Shown here: positions 1 through 11,068 of the stretch, piece by piece
How the letters are laid out: each line of letters opens with the position of its first letter
Numbering within the stretch: position 1 is the stretch's first letter
The notes under the pieces: model-generated
Seen by the model: the letters and a program-made list of their open reading frames with translations, nothing else
Told to the model about the DNA's origin: nothing
Databases searched by the model: none
DNA from: Candidatus Latescibacterota bacterium
GTDB lineage: Bacteria > Latescibacterota > UBA2968 > UBA8231
Direction of reading: 5' to 3'
DNA: 64,000 nt
NCBI GenBank assembly: GCA_965223905.1
Contig: CBDCXV010000011.1
Coordinates: 448,001 to 512,000 of the forward strand
Made by a program: the position numbers and the translations under genes

Positions 1-357
1 GGCGGCGAGCTGTCCGTGGATCTCGTCGGCGCGAACCTGCTGGAACACCTCTTCGAGATTGCTGCGCAGGGACTCGAACTCCTCTGCTGTCAGATCCAGT
101 TTCTGCGTCTGTCCCTCGTCGACGAAGAAGCGGTAGCCCTCGTCCGTAGGGAGCCTTCCCGCTGAGGTGTGCGGTTGCCGAACGAACCCCTTGCGCTCCA
201 GGCTCGACAGCGTCTTGCGCATGGTCGCCGGACTGAACTCGAAGCCCTCGCGCCGCAGGATGGTTCTCGACCCGACCGGGGTACGCAAATCGACATAGGC
301 CCTGACGAGGGCCTCGAGGACGAGGCGCTCCCGTTTGGTCAGAGATTCGGAAAGCAA
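1..357 (-). CDS. hrcA: Heat-inducible transcription repressor HrcA (5' part; runs off the window)
   Basis: Manual translation from TTG at 357 (GGAGG upstream): MLSESLTKRERLVLEALVRAYVDLRTPVGSRTI...SPATMRKTLSSLERKGFVRQPHTSAGRLPTDEGYRFFV, containing the HrcA PHTSAGRxPT motif. Not in the ORF track. Confidence 0.92.
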   Translation of the reverse strand, partial: MLSESLTKRERLVLEALVRAYVDLRTPVGSRTILRREGFEFSPATMRKTLSSLERKGFVRQPHTSAGRLPTDEGYRFFVDEGQTQKLDLTAEEFESLRSNLEEVFQQVRADEIHGQLAA

Positions 358-479
358 GTCCGGCGACCTCCGAAATGTGTTTGGAAATGTGTCGAGCGGC
401 GGTATTTCCGGGGCGGCGCCCGATGGGCTGCGTACCACCTAAATGCGAGAATAAACACCCCCTTCCGCGCCATCGCGAG

Positions 480-507
480 AAAGTACTGTCGCTACAGGGC
501 ATGTCAA
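480..507 (-). promoter_or_regulatory. Candidate sigma70 promoter for hrcA
   Basis: TTGACA-16 bp-TACTTT on the minus strand. Confidence 0.45.
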
Positions 508-746
508 GAGTTCGCCACGACCCGAAAGGGAGCGCCGCCCCTGGGCTTCCCGGGCCCTGATTCCGTCCTCGAGCCGGCCTCGGCATCGCTGTGACCGCGT
601 TTGCGGCTGCCATGCCATCGGAACCGGAAACCCTGGTTGGAACCGGTCCGCAACTGACATAGTTTCCCATCCATGCAGCCCGTCCTCCCGGTCCGTGGGC
701 GAAACGACAATAGCGCCTCGGGCCGCGGCTTCCCCAGCAATCGTCT

Positions 747-1379
747 ATGAGATACACTGCCATTCCGTTCCCCATCCTGCTTTCCCTCCTCCTGTGCTCC
801 CCTGTGCGAACCGAAGCGGAAACCGCTTCGAAGGGGCGGATGGCCGAAACCGACGCCGGCATGATCGAGCTGGCCGGGTTCTCCATCGACAGGTTCGAGT
901 TCCCCAATATCGAAGGAGTGCTTCCGACCGTCGGGGTCAGCTGGCACGAAGCCCTGGAACTTTGCAGATCGCGGGGCAAGCGGCTCTGTTCGGAGCGGGA
1001 GTGGGGGATCGCCTGCCGGGGGCCGGAAAACTTCCGGTTCGGATACGGCGACGAATACGAACCCCGGCGCTGCAACGTCCCCTTTTTCCATGACGGGCGC
1101 TGGATTCGCAGCGGACCTGCGGCCAGCGGCCTCCACCCCGAATGCATCTCCCCTCACGGCGTACAGGACATGATCGGCAATGTCTGGGAGTGGACGGACG
1201 GCTGGTACGACGCGGACAGGCGGTGGCGGGTGGTGCGCGGAGGCTCCTGGTTCAACAGCGTCAACTTCGCCCGCGTCGATGGCCGTTACGGCCTGCGCCT
1301 AACCCCCGATTACCGGCTCGACCTGATCGGCTTCCGCTGTTGCCGGTCAGCCCCGGAGACACCCCCAGGGAATCAGTGA
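747..1379 (+). CDS. Secreted FGE-sulfatase (SUMF1/EgtB-like) domain protein
   Basis: Signal peptide; RLCSEREW, DMIGNVWEW, RGGSW and IGFRCC motifs. Confidence 0.85.
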   Translation: MRYTAIPFPILLSLLLCSPVRTEAETASKGRMAETDAGMIELAGFSIDRFEFPNIEGVLPTVGVSWHEALELCRSRGKRLCSEREWGIACRGPENFRFGYGDEYEPRRCNVPFFHDGRWIRSGPAASGLHPECISPHGVQDMIGNVWEWTDGWYDADRRWRVVRGGSWFNSVNFARVDGRYGLRLTPDYRLDLIGFRCCRSAPETPPGNQ

Positions 1380-1500
1380 CCCGGAAAGGCCGGCCGAGCC
1401 CTGTTCGGCGCGGGCTCCGTTTTTCCGCCGCGTTGTTACCGGCGCTGATGGCATAGGCCGTGGCTCCGGCACCCCGGTCCCCGAGCGAGGACGCCTACTG

Positions 1501-2616
1501 CTATGCAAGGGTGTCGTAGATCGACTCCAACGCTCGCGTCTGGCGGCTGGCGTTGTACTGGTTCTCGACGTGGGCGCGGCCCGCTCGTCCCATCGCCGGC
1601 CACCGCGAGGGATTCTCGAGCAGGGCCACCAGCCTGTCCGCCAGGCCTTCGACATCCCCTTCCCCGGCGAGCAGACCGCTGGTTTCATCGACGACGTACT
1701 CGGGAATATCGGCGTGACGGGTCGCCACCACCGGCATCCCCGCGGCCTGCGCCTCGAGCAGAATCACCGGGGCACCTCCCTCCCCGTCCCCATCCGCCGC
1801 GGTCCTGCTCGGCTGGAGCAGGATGTGACAGCGGCCCAGCTCTTCGAGGAGTCGCGAATAAGGGAGGAACCCCAGGCGCTCGGTGCACCGCCCGATTCCC
1901 GTCGCCGCCAGCGCTTCCTCGACCGCAGGCCGCTCCGGACCGTCCCCGACCAGCACGAGCCGGACGTCGGCCCCGGAGCGCTCGCGGGCGCGCGCGAGCG
2001 CTCTGATCCCGTCGGGGATCCCCTTCTTTTCCCGAAACGAGGCGCAGATCAGAACGCGGGTCTGCTCCCCGGCAGCCTGTGGATCGAACGGTATGCGGGC
2101 GAGATCGACTCCGAGATGGTGGACGGCGACCTTTTCTTCCGGGCACCCGATGCGGCCCAACTGCGCGGCCATGGAGCTCCCCTCCGCGAGAAACAGCTCT
2201 CCCTCGTGGAACAGGCGCTGAAATAGCGCCCGCCATTTCGGATTGCGGGCCGCCTGTGTGGCGTCGGCGCCGTAAAACGACGTCACCATCGGCAGGGCGG
2301 AACGGCGCCTGGCCCCCAGGCAGCGAACCCCCTGGAAGCCGTGGTGCGCGTGAATGAGATCGGCTTGGTGCGCCCGCAGCACTCCCTGGTAAAATGGGTA
2401 CTGTCCGGTAATGCGGCGTATCAGGCGGTTGGCAGCCGACTTTACAAACCCGAACGACTCGGCGGTGAAGACCGCCGCGACAGGGTACTGCTCGAGGTTC
2501 CTGGCCTCCTGGGTGAGGGCGACCGCCCGGTACGACTGCAGCGAGGCCAGCTGGCTGTAGATCCAGGAGCCGGTCTCGGGAAGAAAGGGAGTGGCGCAGT
2601 GGGCTACGGTCTTCAT
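1501..2616 (-). CDS. Glycosyltransferase family 4 (WcaL-like)
   Basis: ET-x-IY N-terminus, EKKG, GDGEGGAPVILLEAQA motif. Confidence 0.85.
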   Translation of the reverse strand: MKTVAHCATPFLPETGSWIYSQLASLQSYRAVALTQEARNLEQYPVAAVFTAESFGFVKSAANRLIRRITGQYPFYQGVLRAHQADLIHAHHGFQGVRCLGARRRSALPMVTSFYGADATQAARNPKWRALFQRLFHEGELFLAEGSSMAAQLGRIGCPEEKVAVHHLGVDLARIPFDPQAAGEQTRVLICASFREKKGIPDGIRALARARERSGADVRLVLVGDGPERPAVEEALAATGIGRCTERLGFLPYSRLLEELGRCHILLQPSRTAADGDGEGGAPVILLEAQAAGMPVVATRHADIPEYVVDETSGLLAGEGDVEGLADRLVALLENPSRWPAMGRAGRAHVENQYNASRQTRALESIYDTLA

Positions 2617-2793
2617 CGCAGGTTCTTCATCCGGGAGCTGCCGCTATACTGCCAACTGATTCCCCGCCCGGCAAGGAGCGCGGGCAGGGTGCCACCCTTC
2701 CCCTAGGGAGCCCGTTGATCGCCGCGGCCGGGCGATCCTACATTCCGACCCTGCCTTCGGAGATTTCCCCGAAACCTGGTTATAAATGCATCC

Positions 2794-3480
2794 ATGTCTA
2801 AGCAGCTCAAGCAACTCGCAGGAAGAAAAGCGGTCGAGCAGGTCCACGACGGAATGGTCGTCGGCCTCGGCTCCGGATCGACCGCGGAATACGCCATCCG
2901 TGCCCTCGGCGAACGCTGCGCTGCCGAGGGATTCAACATTTGCTGCGTGCCGACGTCGGAGGCATCCGGACGCCTCGGCCGGGAGGTTGGCCTGAAGATA
3001 ACGAGCCTCGAGGAAAAGCCGGCTATCGACTTGACGATCGACGGCGCTGACGAGGTCGACCCCGACCTCAACCTCGTCAAGGGCCTCGGCGGCGCCCTTC
3101 TTCGCGAAAAGATCGTCGCCGCGGCGAGCACCAGGGAAATCATCATCGTCGACCCGTCGAAACTGGTCGACCGCCTCGGAACAAGAAGCCCGCTGCCGGT
3201 GGAAGTCCTCCCCTTCGCCTGGGCGCTCGCCCGCACCAGGTTGATGGAATTCGCCAGCTCCGCCTTGATGCGCCGCAACACCGGTGGAGGCGAATACCTG
3301 ACCGACAACGGCAACTACATTCTGGACTGCAGCTTCGAGGAAGGGATCGGGAATGCCGCGGCTGTCGAGGAGGACATCAACCGGATCCCTGGAGTGGTGG
3401 AGAACGGCCTCTTCGTCGGCCTCGCTGACCTAGTCATCGTCGCGCAGGAGGATGGGACCTGTCGCGAATTGAAGTCCTGA
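2794..3480 (+). CDS. rpiA: Ribose-5-phosphate isomerase A
   Basis: GLGSGST, IDGADEVD, KGLGGALLREKIV, TDNGNYILD. Confidence 0.96.
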   Translation: MSKQLKQLAGRKAVEQVHDGMVVGLGSGSTAEYAIRALGERCAAEGFNICCVPTSEASGRLGREVGLKITSLEEKPAIDLTIDGADEVDPDLNLVKGLGGALLREKIVAAASTREIIIVDPSKLVDRLGTRSPLPVEVLPFAWALARTRLMEFASSALMRRNTGGGEYLTDNGNYILDCSFEEGIGNAAAVEEDINRIPGVVENGLFVGLADLVIVAQEDGTCRELKS

Positions 3481-3684
3481 GCTCGAGGTCCCAAGGACCT
3501 TCCCGCGCAGACCAGGTAACCCCTGAAACGCATTGTGCTCAGGGGCTTCCTGTCATCGAGATCTATTCCTGAGCCGGGCCGGGATTGTTCCGTCCTGGCC
3601 CGGGTAGCTTTTTAAAATAACCACCGCGTCCGCAGCGGAACCCCGATCCAAACCGCCCGGCTTGGAAATCGGAGATCCCCTCCC

Positions 3685-4191
3685 TCACCGACTGACTTCG
3701 ACACCTGCCGGACCGGTGCCTCTGGCCTCCTCCAGTGGTTGCCTCAGGGTGCCGGAACCGGCTCCCTGTCGCTGCACCCCTACTCCGTGGCGATAAACGA
3801 GCTCACCGCCGTACAGACTGGCCGTGTACAGGACACCGCAGCCGGCAAGAGCGGCGATTACCAGGCACCGCAGGGCCCGGCCCTGGGTCCGTCCCCGCAG
3901 CTGCAGCGGCAGGCGTCCGAGGAGGATTGCCAGAAACAGGATGAAAGCGGCAGATCCCCAGTCGTCGTGGCGCTGCACCAGCTCGCTTACCGCCTCATCG
4001 TCTCGGTACGGCAGGGCCGCCTGGTTCCCGGTGATCACCGCTGCGGCCGCGGCTGCGGTTCCGAGCAGAAGCAGTGCGTATCCCGTCGTGTGCCAGGCCG
4101 GTCGCCGCCAGAAAACCGCGGCCAGGTCGACAAGGACGCCGACCGGAAGCAGGGCGATCGCGTAGTGGACGATCCAGGGGTGCCAGCTCAT
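3685..4191 (-). CDS. DUF2231-like membrane protein
   Basis: HPxIVHxxIAL start, about 4 TM segments, GGELVYRHGVGV end. Confidence 0.75.
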   Translation of the reverse strand: MSWHPWIVHYAIALLPVGVLVDLAAVFWRRPAWHTTGYALLLLGTAAAAAAVITGNQAALPYRDDEAVSELVQRHDDWGSAAFILFLAILLGRLPLQLRGRTQGRALRCLVIAALAGCGVLYTASLYGGELVYRHGVGVQRQGAGSGTLRQPLEEARGTGPAGVEVSR

Positions 4192-4242
4192 GGCCAGGTA
4201 CGTTACCCGGCGCCCGCTGGAGAGGCAAGCAGGGCAGGTCGG

Positions 4243-4272
4243 TTGACACCCGCGCGGGCAGGTCAGTATGCT
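4243..4272 (+). promoter_or_regulatory. Candidate sigma70 promoter for the amidohydrolase gene
   Basis: TTGACA-18 bp-TATGCT. Confidence 0.45.
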
Positions 4273-4307
4273 CCGGGATTATGCCATCTCGTAACCTGGA
4301 GCCTACC

Positions 4308-5615
4308 ATGGCTACTGACCTGCAGCAGCACATCGATCGGACCGCTATCTGCGATACCCACGAACACCTGAAAAAGGAGGCGGACTGGGTCGACCAGGGT
4401 CCTGCGGACGTTCTCGTCGACCTCTTCACCAACTACGTTCCCGCGGACCTGCACACTGCCGGAGCCTCTCGCGAGGCGCTGCAGCGATTGACCGATGCGG
4501 GGGACCCGGACCTCGGGGCGCGCTTCGACGGCATCCGCGACGCCTGGGAGGCGATTCGTTTCACCGGGTACGGGGAGGCGGTGCGGATACTGGGGGAGGA
4601 GCTCTACGGCCTCAGGGACTGGTCGGCCGCGGAGTTCGAGCGGGCGCAGGCGCGATTGATGGAGTGGCGCCGGCCCGGGGGGCGCTACCGCCTGTTGACC
4701 GAGGTCGCCAACCTCGACCACACCCAGACCGACGACGGCTGCTGGCCCTGCCTGCCGGACGCCTCCGGACCGGAGTTCTTCTTCTACGACATCAGCTGGG
4801 CGGCGTTCTGCCGCGGCGACGTCGACCCCGAGGCGGTCGAGCGGGAAACTGGCGTTGCCGTTACCGATACGGCCACCCTGAGCCAGGCCATGGGGGCCAT
4901 CTTCGACAAGTACGCCGCCTGCGCCATCGCGGTGAAGGCGCAGCACGCGTACAGCCGCACCCTCGCCTGGCGGGAACGCAGCGAGGCCGAGGCAGCCCCG
5001 GTTCTCGAGCGCGCCCTGGGCGGCGAGTCGCTGGCGCCGGAAACGCGCAACGTCCTCGGCGACTGGTGCTGGGCGCGGGGCTGCGAGCTCGCCGCGGAGC
5101 ACAACCTCCCCTTCAAGCTCCACACCGGGTACTACGCCGGCAACGACCGCATGCCGGTCGATTTCATCAAGGGGGGCAACCTCTGCGCCCTGCTGGCGAG
5201 GTACCCGGAATGCCGCTTCGTCCTGATGCACATCGCCTACCCGTATTGCGACGAGCTCGTCGCCCTGACAAAGCATTACCGCAACGTGTATGCCGATCTC
5301 TGCTGGGCCTGGTCGATCGACCCGTACAGCTCCGGGGATTTCGTGCGCCGCTTCCTTCACGCCGCCCCGGTCAACAAGCTGTTCGCCTTCGGCGGCGACA
5401 CCGGCAATCCCACCAGCGCCACCGCCTACGCCATCCAGACGCGCCGCTGGCTGACGCGCACCCTGGAGGCCGAGGTCGCCGAGGGGCTGATGTCGGAAGC
5501 CGAGGCGATGGAGGTCGCCACCCGCCTGCTGCGCCGCAACCAGCTTGATTGCTTCGATCTGGAAAGGACCCGGGCGGCCTGCCGGGGAGCAGTCGAAGCC
5601 GCGGCAGCGGGGTGA
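4308..5615 (+). CDS. Amidohydrolase family protein
   Basis: DTHEH, KLHTG, VLMH and FGGD metal-binding motifs; ATG 4308 follows GGAG. Confidence 0.85.
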   Translation: MATDLQQHIDRTAICDTHEHLKKEADWVDQGPADVLVDLFTNYVPADLHTAGASREALQRLTDAGDPDLGARFDGIRDAWEAIRFTGYGEAVRILGEELYGLRDWSAAEFERAQARLMEWRRPGGRYRLLTEVANLDHTQTDDGCWPCLPDASGPEFFFYDISWAAFCRGDVDPEAVERETGVAVTDTATLSQAMGAIFDKYAACAIAVKAQHAYSRTLAWRERSEAEAAPVLERALGGESLAPETRNVLGDWCWARGCELAAEHNLPFKLHTGYYAGNDRMPVDFIKGGNLCALLARYPECRFVLMHIAYPYCDELVALTKHYRNVYADLCWAWSIDPYSSGDFVRRFLHAAPVNKLFAFGGDTGNPTSATAYAIQTRRWLTRTLEAEVAEGLMSEAEAMEVATRLLRRNQLDCFDLERTRAACRGAVEAAAAG

Positions 5616-5854
5616 AGCAGGCCGGGCGGCCCGCCGCGGGCGGCCTGATATTCCGCATCTGCTCGAGGACGGACGGGACGCCGCGGTTTCGCTGAACTGT
5701 CCCCCAGGACCCTATCTTCTCCTTGAAATTCCTGCACTCGGGTCGCGCAGGTGTGGGCACTTCTCCCCTGTGAATCGGCTAGCCCCGAGCTAGTGCCTGC
5801 CCGATCCCGCCGAAAGCGGCCGAATTCATCCGAGAAAGGCATGGCAGAAGCGAC

Positions 5855-7525
5855 ATGACCGACATGAGACAGCACAGCAGAACCATCGTCGAGGGCCCCC
5901 ACCGGGCCGGCGCGCGGGCGATGTACAAGGCCGTGGGGTACGGCGACGAGGCGTTGTCGAAGCCACTGATCGGAATCGCCAATACCTGGACGGAGATCGG
6001 CCCCTGCAACTACCACCTGCGCCGCCTGGCGGAGTTCGTAAAAAAGGGGGTTCGCGAGGCGGGGGGAACGCCGCTGGAGTTCAACACCGTGACCGTCTCC
6101 GACGGCATCACCATGGGTACGGAGGGGATGAAGACCTCCCTCGTCAGCCGCGAGGTGATCGCCGACTCCATGGAGCTGGTCGCCCGCGGCCACATGCTCG
6201 ACGGGCTCGTCGCCATGACCGGGTGCGACAAGACGACTCCCGGCGCGGCGATGGCCCTGGGACGCCTGCAGATACCGTCGCTCGTGTTCTACGGCGGCAG
6301 CATCATGCCGGGGAAATTCGAGGGCCGCGACGTCACCATCCAGGACGTGTTCGAAGCCATGGGTGCCCACGCCAAGGGGCGCCTCGACGCCGCCGGCCTC
6401 AAGGGAATCGAGGACGCCGCCTGCCCAGGTGCGGGCGCCTGCGGAGGCCAGTTCACCGCCAACACCATGGCCACCGCGGTCGAGATGCTCGGCATCGCCG
6501 CCATGGGCAGCGGCTCGGTGCCGGCCACCGACCCGAACAAGCAGGAGGTCGCCGTGGAAATCGGACGCCTCGCCGTCGACCTCGTGCGCCGCGGGGTACG
6601 CCCCGGAGATATCGTCACCCGGGCTGCAGTCGAAAACGCCATCGCCGCCATCGCCACCACGGGGGGCTCGACCAACGGGGTGCTCCACATGCTTGCGATC
6701 GCGCGTGAATTCGGCATCGACCTCGAGCTCGACGATTTCCAGGAAATCAGCAGCGCCACCCCGCTCATGGTCAGCCTGAAACCGGGGGGCCTGTTCGTCG
6801 CCCCGGATCTCCACCGGGCCGGGGGCATCGCCCTGGTCGCCAGGCGGCTGCAGCAGGCCGGGGTGCTGCGCGAGCAGTGCCTGACGGTCACCGGACGCAC
6901 CATCGGCGAGGAGGCTGAAGCCGCCCGCGAAACCCCGGGGCAGGAGGTGGTCCGGCCGGTCGACAAGCCGATCAAGGCGAGCGGCGGCCTGGTGATCCTG
7001 CACGGCAACCTCGCTCCCGAAGGCTGCGTCGTTAAGCTGGCCGGGTACGAGCGCACCCGGCACGTGGGACCGGCCCGGGTGTTCGAGCGCGAGGAAGAGG
7101 TCCTGCCGGCGATCGAGAACGGCACCGTCTCCCAAGGGGACGTGGTCGTCATCCGCTACGAAGGGCCGGTCGGGGGGCCCGGCATGCGCGAAATGCTGCA
7201 CGTGACCGGCGCCATCATGGGAGCCGGCCTCGGAGACTCGGTGGCGCTGATAACCGACGGCCGCTTCTCCGGTGCGACCCGCGGCCTGATGCTCGGACAC
7301 GTCTCCCCGGAAGCGGCTCGCGGGGGTCCGCTTGCCGCGGTTCGGGACGGCGACGAGATCACCATCGACACCGAGGCCCAGCGTCTCGACGCCGCCCTCG
7401 ACGACGACGAGATCGCCGCGAGACTGCGGGACTGGAAGGCGCCGGAGCCGCGCTACCGGACCGGCGTCATGGCCAAGTACGCAAAGCTGGTCTCGTCCGC
7501 TTCCGAAGGGGCGGTCACAGGCTAG
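5855..7525 (+). CDS. ilvD: Dihydroxy-acid dehydratase
   Basis: [46 protein letters not shown]. Confidence 0.95.
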   Translation: MTDMRQHSRTIVEGPHRAGARAMYKAVGYGDEALSKPLIGIANTWTEIGPCNYHLRRLAEFVKKGVREAGGTPLEFNTVTVSDGITMGTEGMKTSLVSREVIADSMELVARGHMLDGLVAMTGCDKTTPGAAMALGRLQIPSLVFYGGSIMPGKFEGRDVTIQDVFEAMGAHAKGRLDAAGLKGIEDAACPGAGACGGQFTANTMATAVEMLGIAAMGSGSVPATDPNKQEVAVEIGRLAVDLVRRGVRPGDIVTRAAVENAIAAIATTGGSTNGVLHMLAIAREFGIDLELDDFQEISSATPLMVSLKPGGLFVAPDLHRAGGIALVARRLQQAGVLREQCLTVTGRTIGEEAEAARETPGQEVVRPVDKPIKASGGLVILHGNLAPEGCVVKLAGYERTRHVGPARVFEREEEVLPAIENGTVSQGDVVVIRYEGPVGGPGMREMLHVTGAIMGAGLGDSVALITDGRFSGATRGLMLGHVSPEAARGGPLAAVRDGDEITIDTEAQRLDAALDDDEIAARLRDWKAPEPRYRTGVMAKYAKLVSSASEGAVTG

Positions 7526-7564
7526 CTGGCGGGGGACGGCCGCACGCCAGTGGGTGCGTCTGCG

Positions 7565-8710
7565 ATGAGGGGCAGCATTCTGTGCAGGGGCTGCGAGGCG
7601 GATTTCGGCTTCGCCATCCCCTTCCACCGCTGCCCCGAGTGCGGGGGAGCCCTCTCCTTCTCCCTGGACCGCGCCTTTCCCCTCGCCGAGATCGCCGCGC
7701 GGCCTCCCGGCATGTGGCGCTACCGCGAGGCCCTTCCGGCTTTCGAGGAGGTGATCTCCCTCGGCGAGCAGGCGACTCCCCTGGTCCCGGTGGCGCCTCG
7801 GGAGCTCGGACGGGAGGGGGTGCTTTTTAAGTGCGAGTACACCCTTCCGACCGGGTCCTACAAGGACCGCGGCGCCGCCACCCTCGTCAGCTACCTGAAA
7901 TCAGTCGGTGTCGAGGAAGCGGTCGAGGATTCGTCCGGGAATGCCGGGGCCTCGATGGCGGCCTACTGCGCCCGTTCCGGAATCTCCCTGAAGGTATTCT
8001 GCCCGCAATCCGCCTCCGCGGGAAAGCTGACGCAGATCCGGCTGTACGGGGCCGAGCTGGTGCGGGTTCCCGGGCCGCGCCCGCGGGCGACCGAGGCATT
8101 GCTCGAGCACGTCGAGGCCACCGGCAGCGCCTACGCCTCCCACCTCTGGCACCCGCTCTTCCTCGAAGGGATTCGCAGCATGGCGTACGAGATCGCCGAA
8201 CAGCTCGGCTGGGCGGCGCCCGATTTCGTCCTCTGCCCCGTCGGAGCCGGGAGCATCCTGCTGGGGCTGTTCGAGGGGTTTTCCGACCTGCTCGCCGCCG
8301 GCGTCATAGCGCGTCTGCCGCGGCTGGTTGCGGTGCAGGCGGCCAACGTCGCCGCCGTCTGCGACGCCGTGCGCACCGGCGCCGTGCGAGTAGAGCCGGC
8401 CTGCGATCCGCAGCCGACCCTGGCGGAAGGAATCGCCCTGCCGGCCCCGGTCCGGGACCGCGAGGTGCTGCACGCGATCCGCGCCTCCGGGGGAACGGCC
8501 GTCTCTGTCGTCGAAGAGGAGATCGCCGCGGGAGCGGCAACGCTCGGCAAGGCCGGCTTCTGCGTCGAACCGACTTCCGCTGTGGTCTGGAATGGGCTGC
8601 GGAAGCTGATCGAAAGCCCTTCCCCCCCTCCCCCCGGCGCCACCATCGTCGCCGTGCTGTCAGGGCACGGCCTCAAGGCCTCCCCGGCTCTGGCTGAAAT
8701 CCTCCCCTGA
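7565..8710 (+). CDS. thrC: Threonine synthase-like PLP enzyme with N-terminal Zn ribbon
   Basis: CxxC...CxxC, PTGSYKDRG, DSSGNAG, CVEPTSA. Confidence 0.75.
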   Translation: MRGSILCRGCEADFGFAIPFHRCPECGGALSFSLDRAFPLAEIAARPPGMWRYREALPAFEEVISLGEQATPLVPVAPRELGREGVLFKCEYTLPTGSYKDRGAATLVSYLKSVGVEEAVEDSSGNAGASMAAYCARSGISLKVFCPQSASAGKLTQIRLYGAELVRVPGPRPRATEALLEHVEATGSAYASHLWHPLFLEGIRSMAYEIAEQLGWAAPDFVLCPVGAGSILLGLFEGFSDLLAAGVIARLPRLVAVQAANVAAVCDAVRTGAVRVEPACDPQPTLAEGIALPAPVRDREVLHAIRASGGTAVSVVEEEIAAGAATLGKAGFCVEPTSAVVWNGLRKLIESPSPPPPGATIVAVLSGHGLKASPALAEILP

Positions 8711-8784
8711 GCCGGCGGACGGTTCCTCTGCTCCGGCTACAATCCCTGCCCTCGCGCAATTCCGCGTGAATCCGGTCGCGTTTC

Positions 8785-10293
8785 TTACCCGGATTTGCGC
8801 GCGCTGGCTTTGAGTTCCTTGAGCCGCTGCGCGGCTTCCGAGCTCCTGTAGAAATCGTCGAGAGGGAAGCAGCCGCTGACCATGCCGTTGCGCGGGGCGG
8901 TGGTGCAGTCGCTGAAGGTGCGGCAGATCAGCTTGCGGGCCAGCTGGCCCCCGCCGTGGAGCAGATCGTGCGGCAGGTCGGGGTACGACAGCACCATGCG
9001 GCCCAGACCGACGAAATCGACGGCCCCCGAACGCACCGCGGCCTGGGCGACGTGGGGCAGGAACTCCTGCAGGTAGCTGTAACCCGATCCCACGAACACA
9101 CGGTCCGGGAACGACCTCTTCAGCCGGGCGGCGGCGGCGATCTGCCTGGCCACCCCGGCGAGCGGGTCCTCGGGCGGCTGGTACCCGTCGGAGGGCGGGA
9201 ACAGCGCCGGACGCTGAATGTGGGGGTTGTAGTAGGGGCTGCCGCAGGTGAGGTTGACGAGGTTCACCCCCCACTCGCCGAGGGCGGCAATGAAGCGGCG
9301 GGGCTCGTCGAGATCGATTTCCAGCGGGTCGCGGGGGTCGAGGCCGAACCCGTACTGGTAGGGCAGAAGGGTGTCGAAGGGTTCGGGGACCCCGGTACCG
9401 GGCTTGCCTCCGACTTCGCCGGGACCGGCTCGAAACGGCACGAAGTCATAGACACTAAGGCGCACTCCTACTTGAAGTTGAGGTGCCTCACTATTGATGC
9501 CCTCGACGATTTCCCGGCAAAAGCGGGTGCGGTTGTCGAATGAGCCGCCGAACCTGCCGGGGCGCGTGCGCGCGCTCAGCAGCTCGTGACCGAGATAGCC
9601 GTGGCAGTGCTTGACGTCGACGAAGTGGAACCCTGCGTCGCGGGCGATGCAGGCCGCTTCGACGTAGAGCTCGATCAGCCGTTGCAGGTAGTCGTCGGTG
9701 ACGGGTGCATGGCCGGGGTCGAGTCCGAACCTGCGGTCGAGGATGGGGTGCCGGTAGGCGATGCAGGGCTCCATCCGGTCCTTGCGGAAGGGCCGGCAGA
9801 AGCGTCCCGAATGGGTCAGCTGAAGGCCGACCACGAGGTCGTCGGCAGAGCCGAAGCGCTCCCGGTGCGCCGCGGTGAGGATCTCCCACAGCTCCCGAAC
9901 TCCGTCGCGGGTCGTGGCGCAAGCCATCAGCTGGTTGGGATTGGCCCTCCCCTCGGGGCACACGGCAAACGCCTCGCCTCCCCAGATCAGCTTGGCGCCG
10001 CTGCGCCCGAAGTTGCGCCAGCGGCGGCGCACGAAATCGGTGGGCATGCCGTCCCCGGTGCCGTCCCAGCCCTCCATCGGCTGGATGGCGAAGCGGTTTC
10101 CCGCACGCCTTTCGCCAATTTCGCAGGGCTGTGCCAGCGGCGATTCGGGTGCCGGCAGCGGTGCCTCGTCACAGGGAAGCGAGGCCCCGATGGCCTCGAG
10201 GTGGGCGCGGAAATCGGCGACCTGCCGGAAGGCGGACACCCGCGGATGCCGGTCCCGGCGCCGCGGGGCCTCTCCCGAATCGGTCTCAGCCAT
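8785..10293 (-). CDS. NADH:flavin oxidoreductase (old yellow enzyme family)
   Basis: IQPMEGWD, QLTHSGR, DVKHCHGYL, GGSFDNRTRF, CRTFSDC. Confidence 0.85.
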   Translation of the reverse strand: MAETDSGEAPRRRDRHPRVSAFRQVADFRAHLEAIGASLPCDEAPLPAPESPLAQPCEIGERRAGNRFAIQPMEGWDGTGDGMPTDFVRRRWRNFGRSGAKLIWGGEAFAVCPEGRANPNQLMACATTRDGVRELWEILTAAHRERFGSADDLVVGLQLTHSGRFCRPFRKDRMEPCIAYRHPILDRRFGLDPGHAPVTDDYLQRLIELYVEAACIARDAGFHFVDVKHCHGYLGHELLSARTRPGRFGGSFDNRTRFCREIVEGINSEAPQLQVGVRLSVYDFVPFRAGPGEVGGKPGTGVPEPFDTLLPYQYGFGLDPRDPLEIDLDEPRRFIAALGEWGVNLVNLTCGSPYYNPHIQRPALFPPSDGYQPPEDPLAGVARQIAAAARLKRSFPDRVFVGSGYSYLQEFLPHVAQAAVRSGAVDFVGLGRMVLSYPDLPHDLLHGGGQLARKLICRTFSDCTTAPRNGMVSGCFPLDDFYRSSEAAQRLKELKASARKSG

Positions 10294-11068
10294 CGGGGCT
10301 TCGGCGGTCGCGCGCTTCCGGGCCGGACCTCAGCAGGTGTACGGTCCCCGCGATTCCTGCAATCATCAGCGTCAGGCTGATAAGCTGCGCCCCGGTCAGG
10401 CCCCAGGCCACGACCGGATTCAGGCGAATGAACTCCACTGCGAAACGGGCGCCGCCGCTGAGCATCATGTAGAGGAAAAACGTGGTGCCGGGCACCCGCA
10501 GGCGCATCCGCGTCGACCAGAGGACGGCGAAGATCGCCAATCCCATCAGGGTCTCGTAGACCGGGGCCGGATGGACTTTCTCGTAGGTGGGGACGACGCC
10601 GTCCGGGTAGGCCATCCCCCAGGGCAGATCGGTAGGCACGCCGTAGTCGCCGTCGCCGGCCAGCTGGCAGCCGATTCTGCCGATGGCGTAGCCGATCGCC
10701 AGGCCGATGCCGACGGCGTCGGCCACCTCCGGCAAAGGCGCACCGCGGCGGCGCACCACCCAGATGACCGCGGCCGTCGCCAGGAAGAAGCCGCCGTGCC
10801 AGGTTAGGCCGCTGCCGGAGAACACGGCGCCGAAGGACTCGCTCCAGGTGGCGCCCGGTGGAAGCTCGAAGAGGATGAAGTAGAGCTTGGCTCCGGCGAG
10901 GCCGGCGAGGATGCCGGCGGTGAGGATGGAGGAGGCGAGCTCGGGGTCTATTCCCTTGCGGCGCAATTCCTTCTGGATGAAGAAGTGGCCGGTTAGGAAA
11001 CCGAGAACGACCATGGGACCGAAGGTGGGCAGCTTGAAGCCGCCGATTTCCAGCCAGTAGGGGTACAT
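10286..11068 (-). CDS. lgt: Prolipoprotein diacylglyceryl transferase
   Basis: Multi-TM; GLTWHGG, GRIGCQLAGDGDYG, HPAPVYE, RFAVEFIR. Confidence 0.88.
   Translation of the reverse strand: MYPYWLEIGGFKLPTFGPMVVLGFLTGHFFIQKELRRKGIDPELASSILTAGILAGLAGAKLYFILFELPPGATWSESFGAVFSGSGLTWHGGFFLATAAVIWVVRRRGAPLPEVADAVGIGLAIGYAIGRIGCQLAGDGDYGVPTDLPWGMAYPDGVVPTYEKVHPAPVYETLMGLAIFAVLWSTRMRLRVPGTTFFLYMMLSGGARFAVEFIRLNPVVAWGLTGAQLISLTLMIAGIAGTVHLLRSGPEARDRRSPDG

Noticed and set aside
358-746. CIRCE operator upstream of hrcA
   Set aside because: No TTAGCACTC-N9-GAGTGCTAA match seen on either strand
5616-5854. Riboswitch or attenuator in the ilvD leader
   Set aside because: Only short GC hairpins; no leader peptide or known aptamer consensus recognised
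5426-7627. Long antisense or alternative-frame ORFs (e.g. 733 aa here, 903 aa at 12401-15112, 596 aa at 18699-20489)
   Set aside because: Shadow ORFs of high-GC genes with no recognisable motifs
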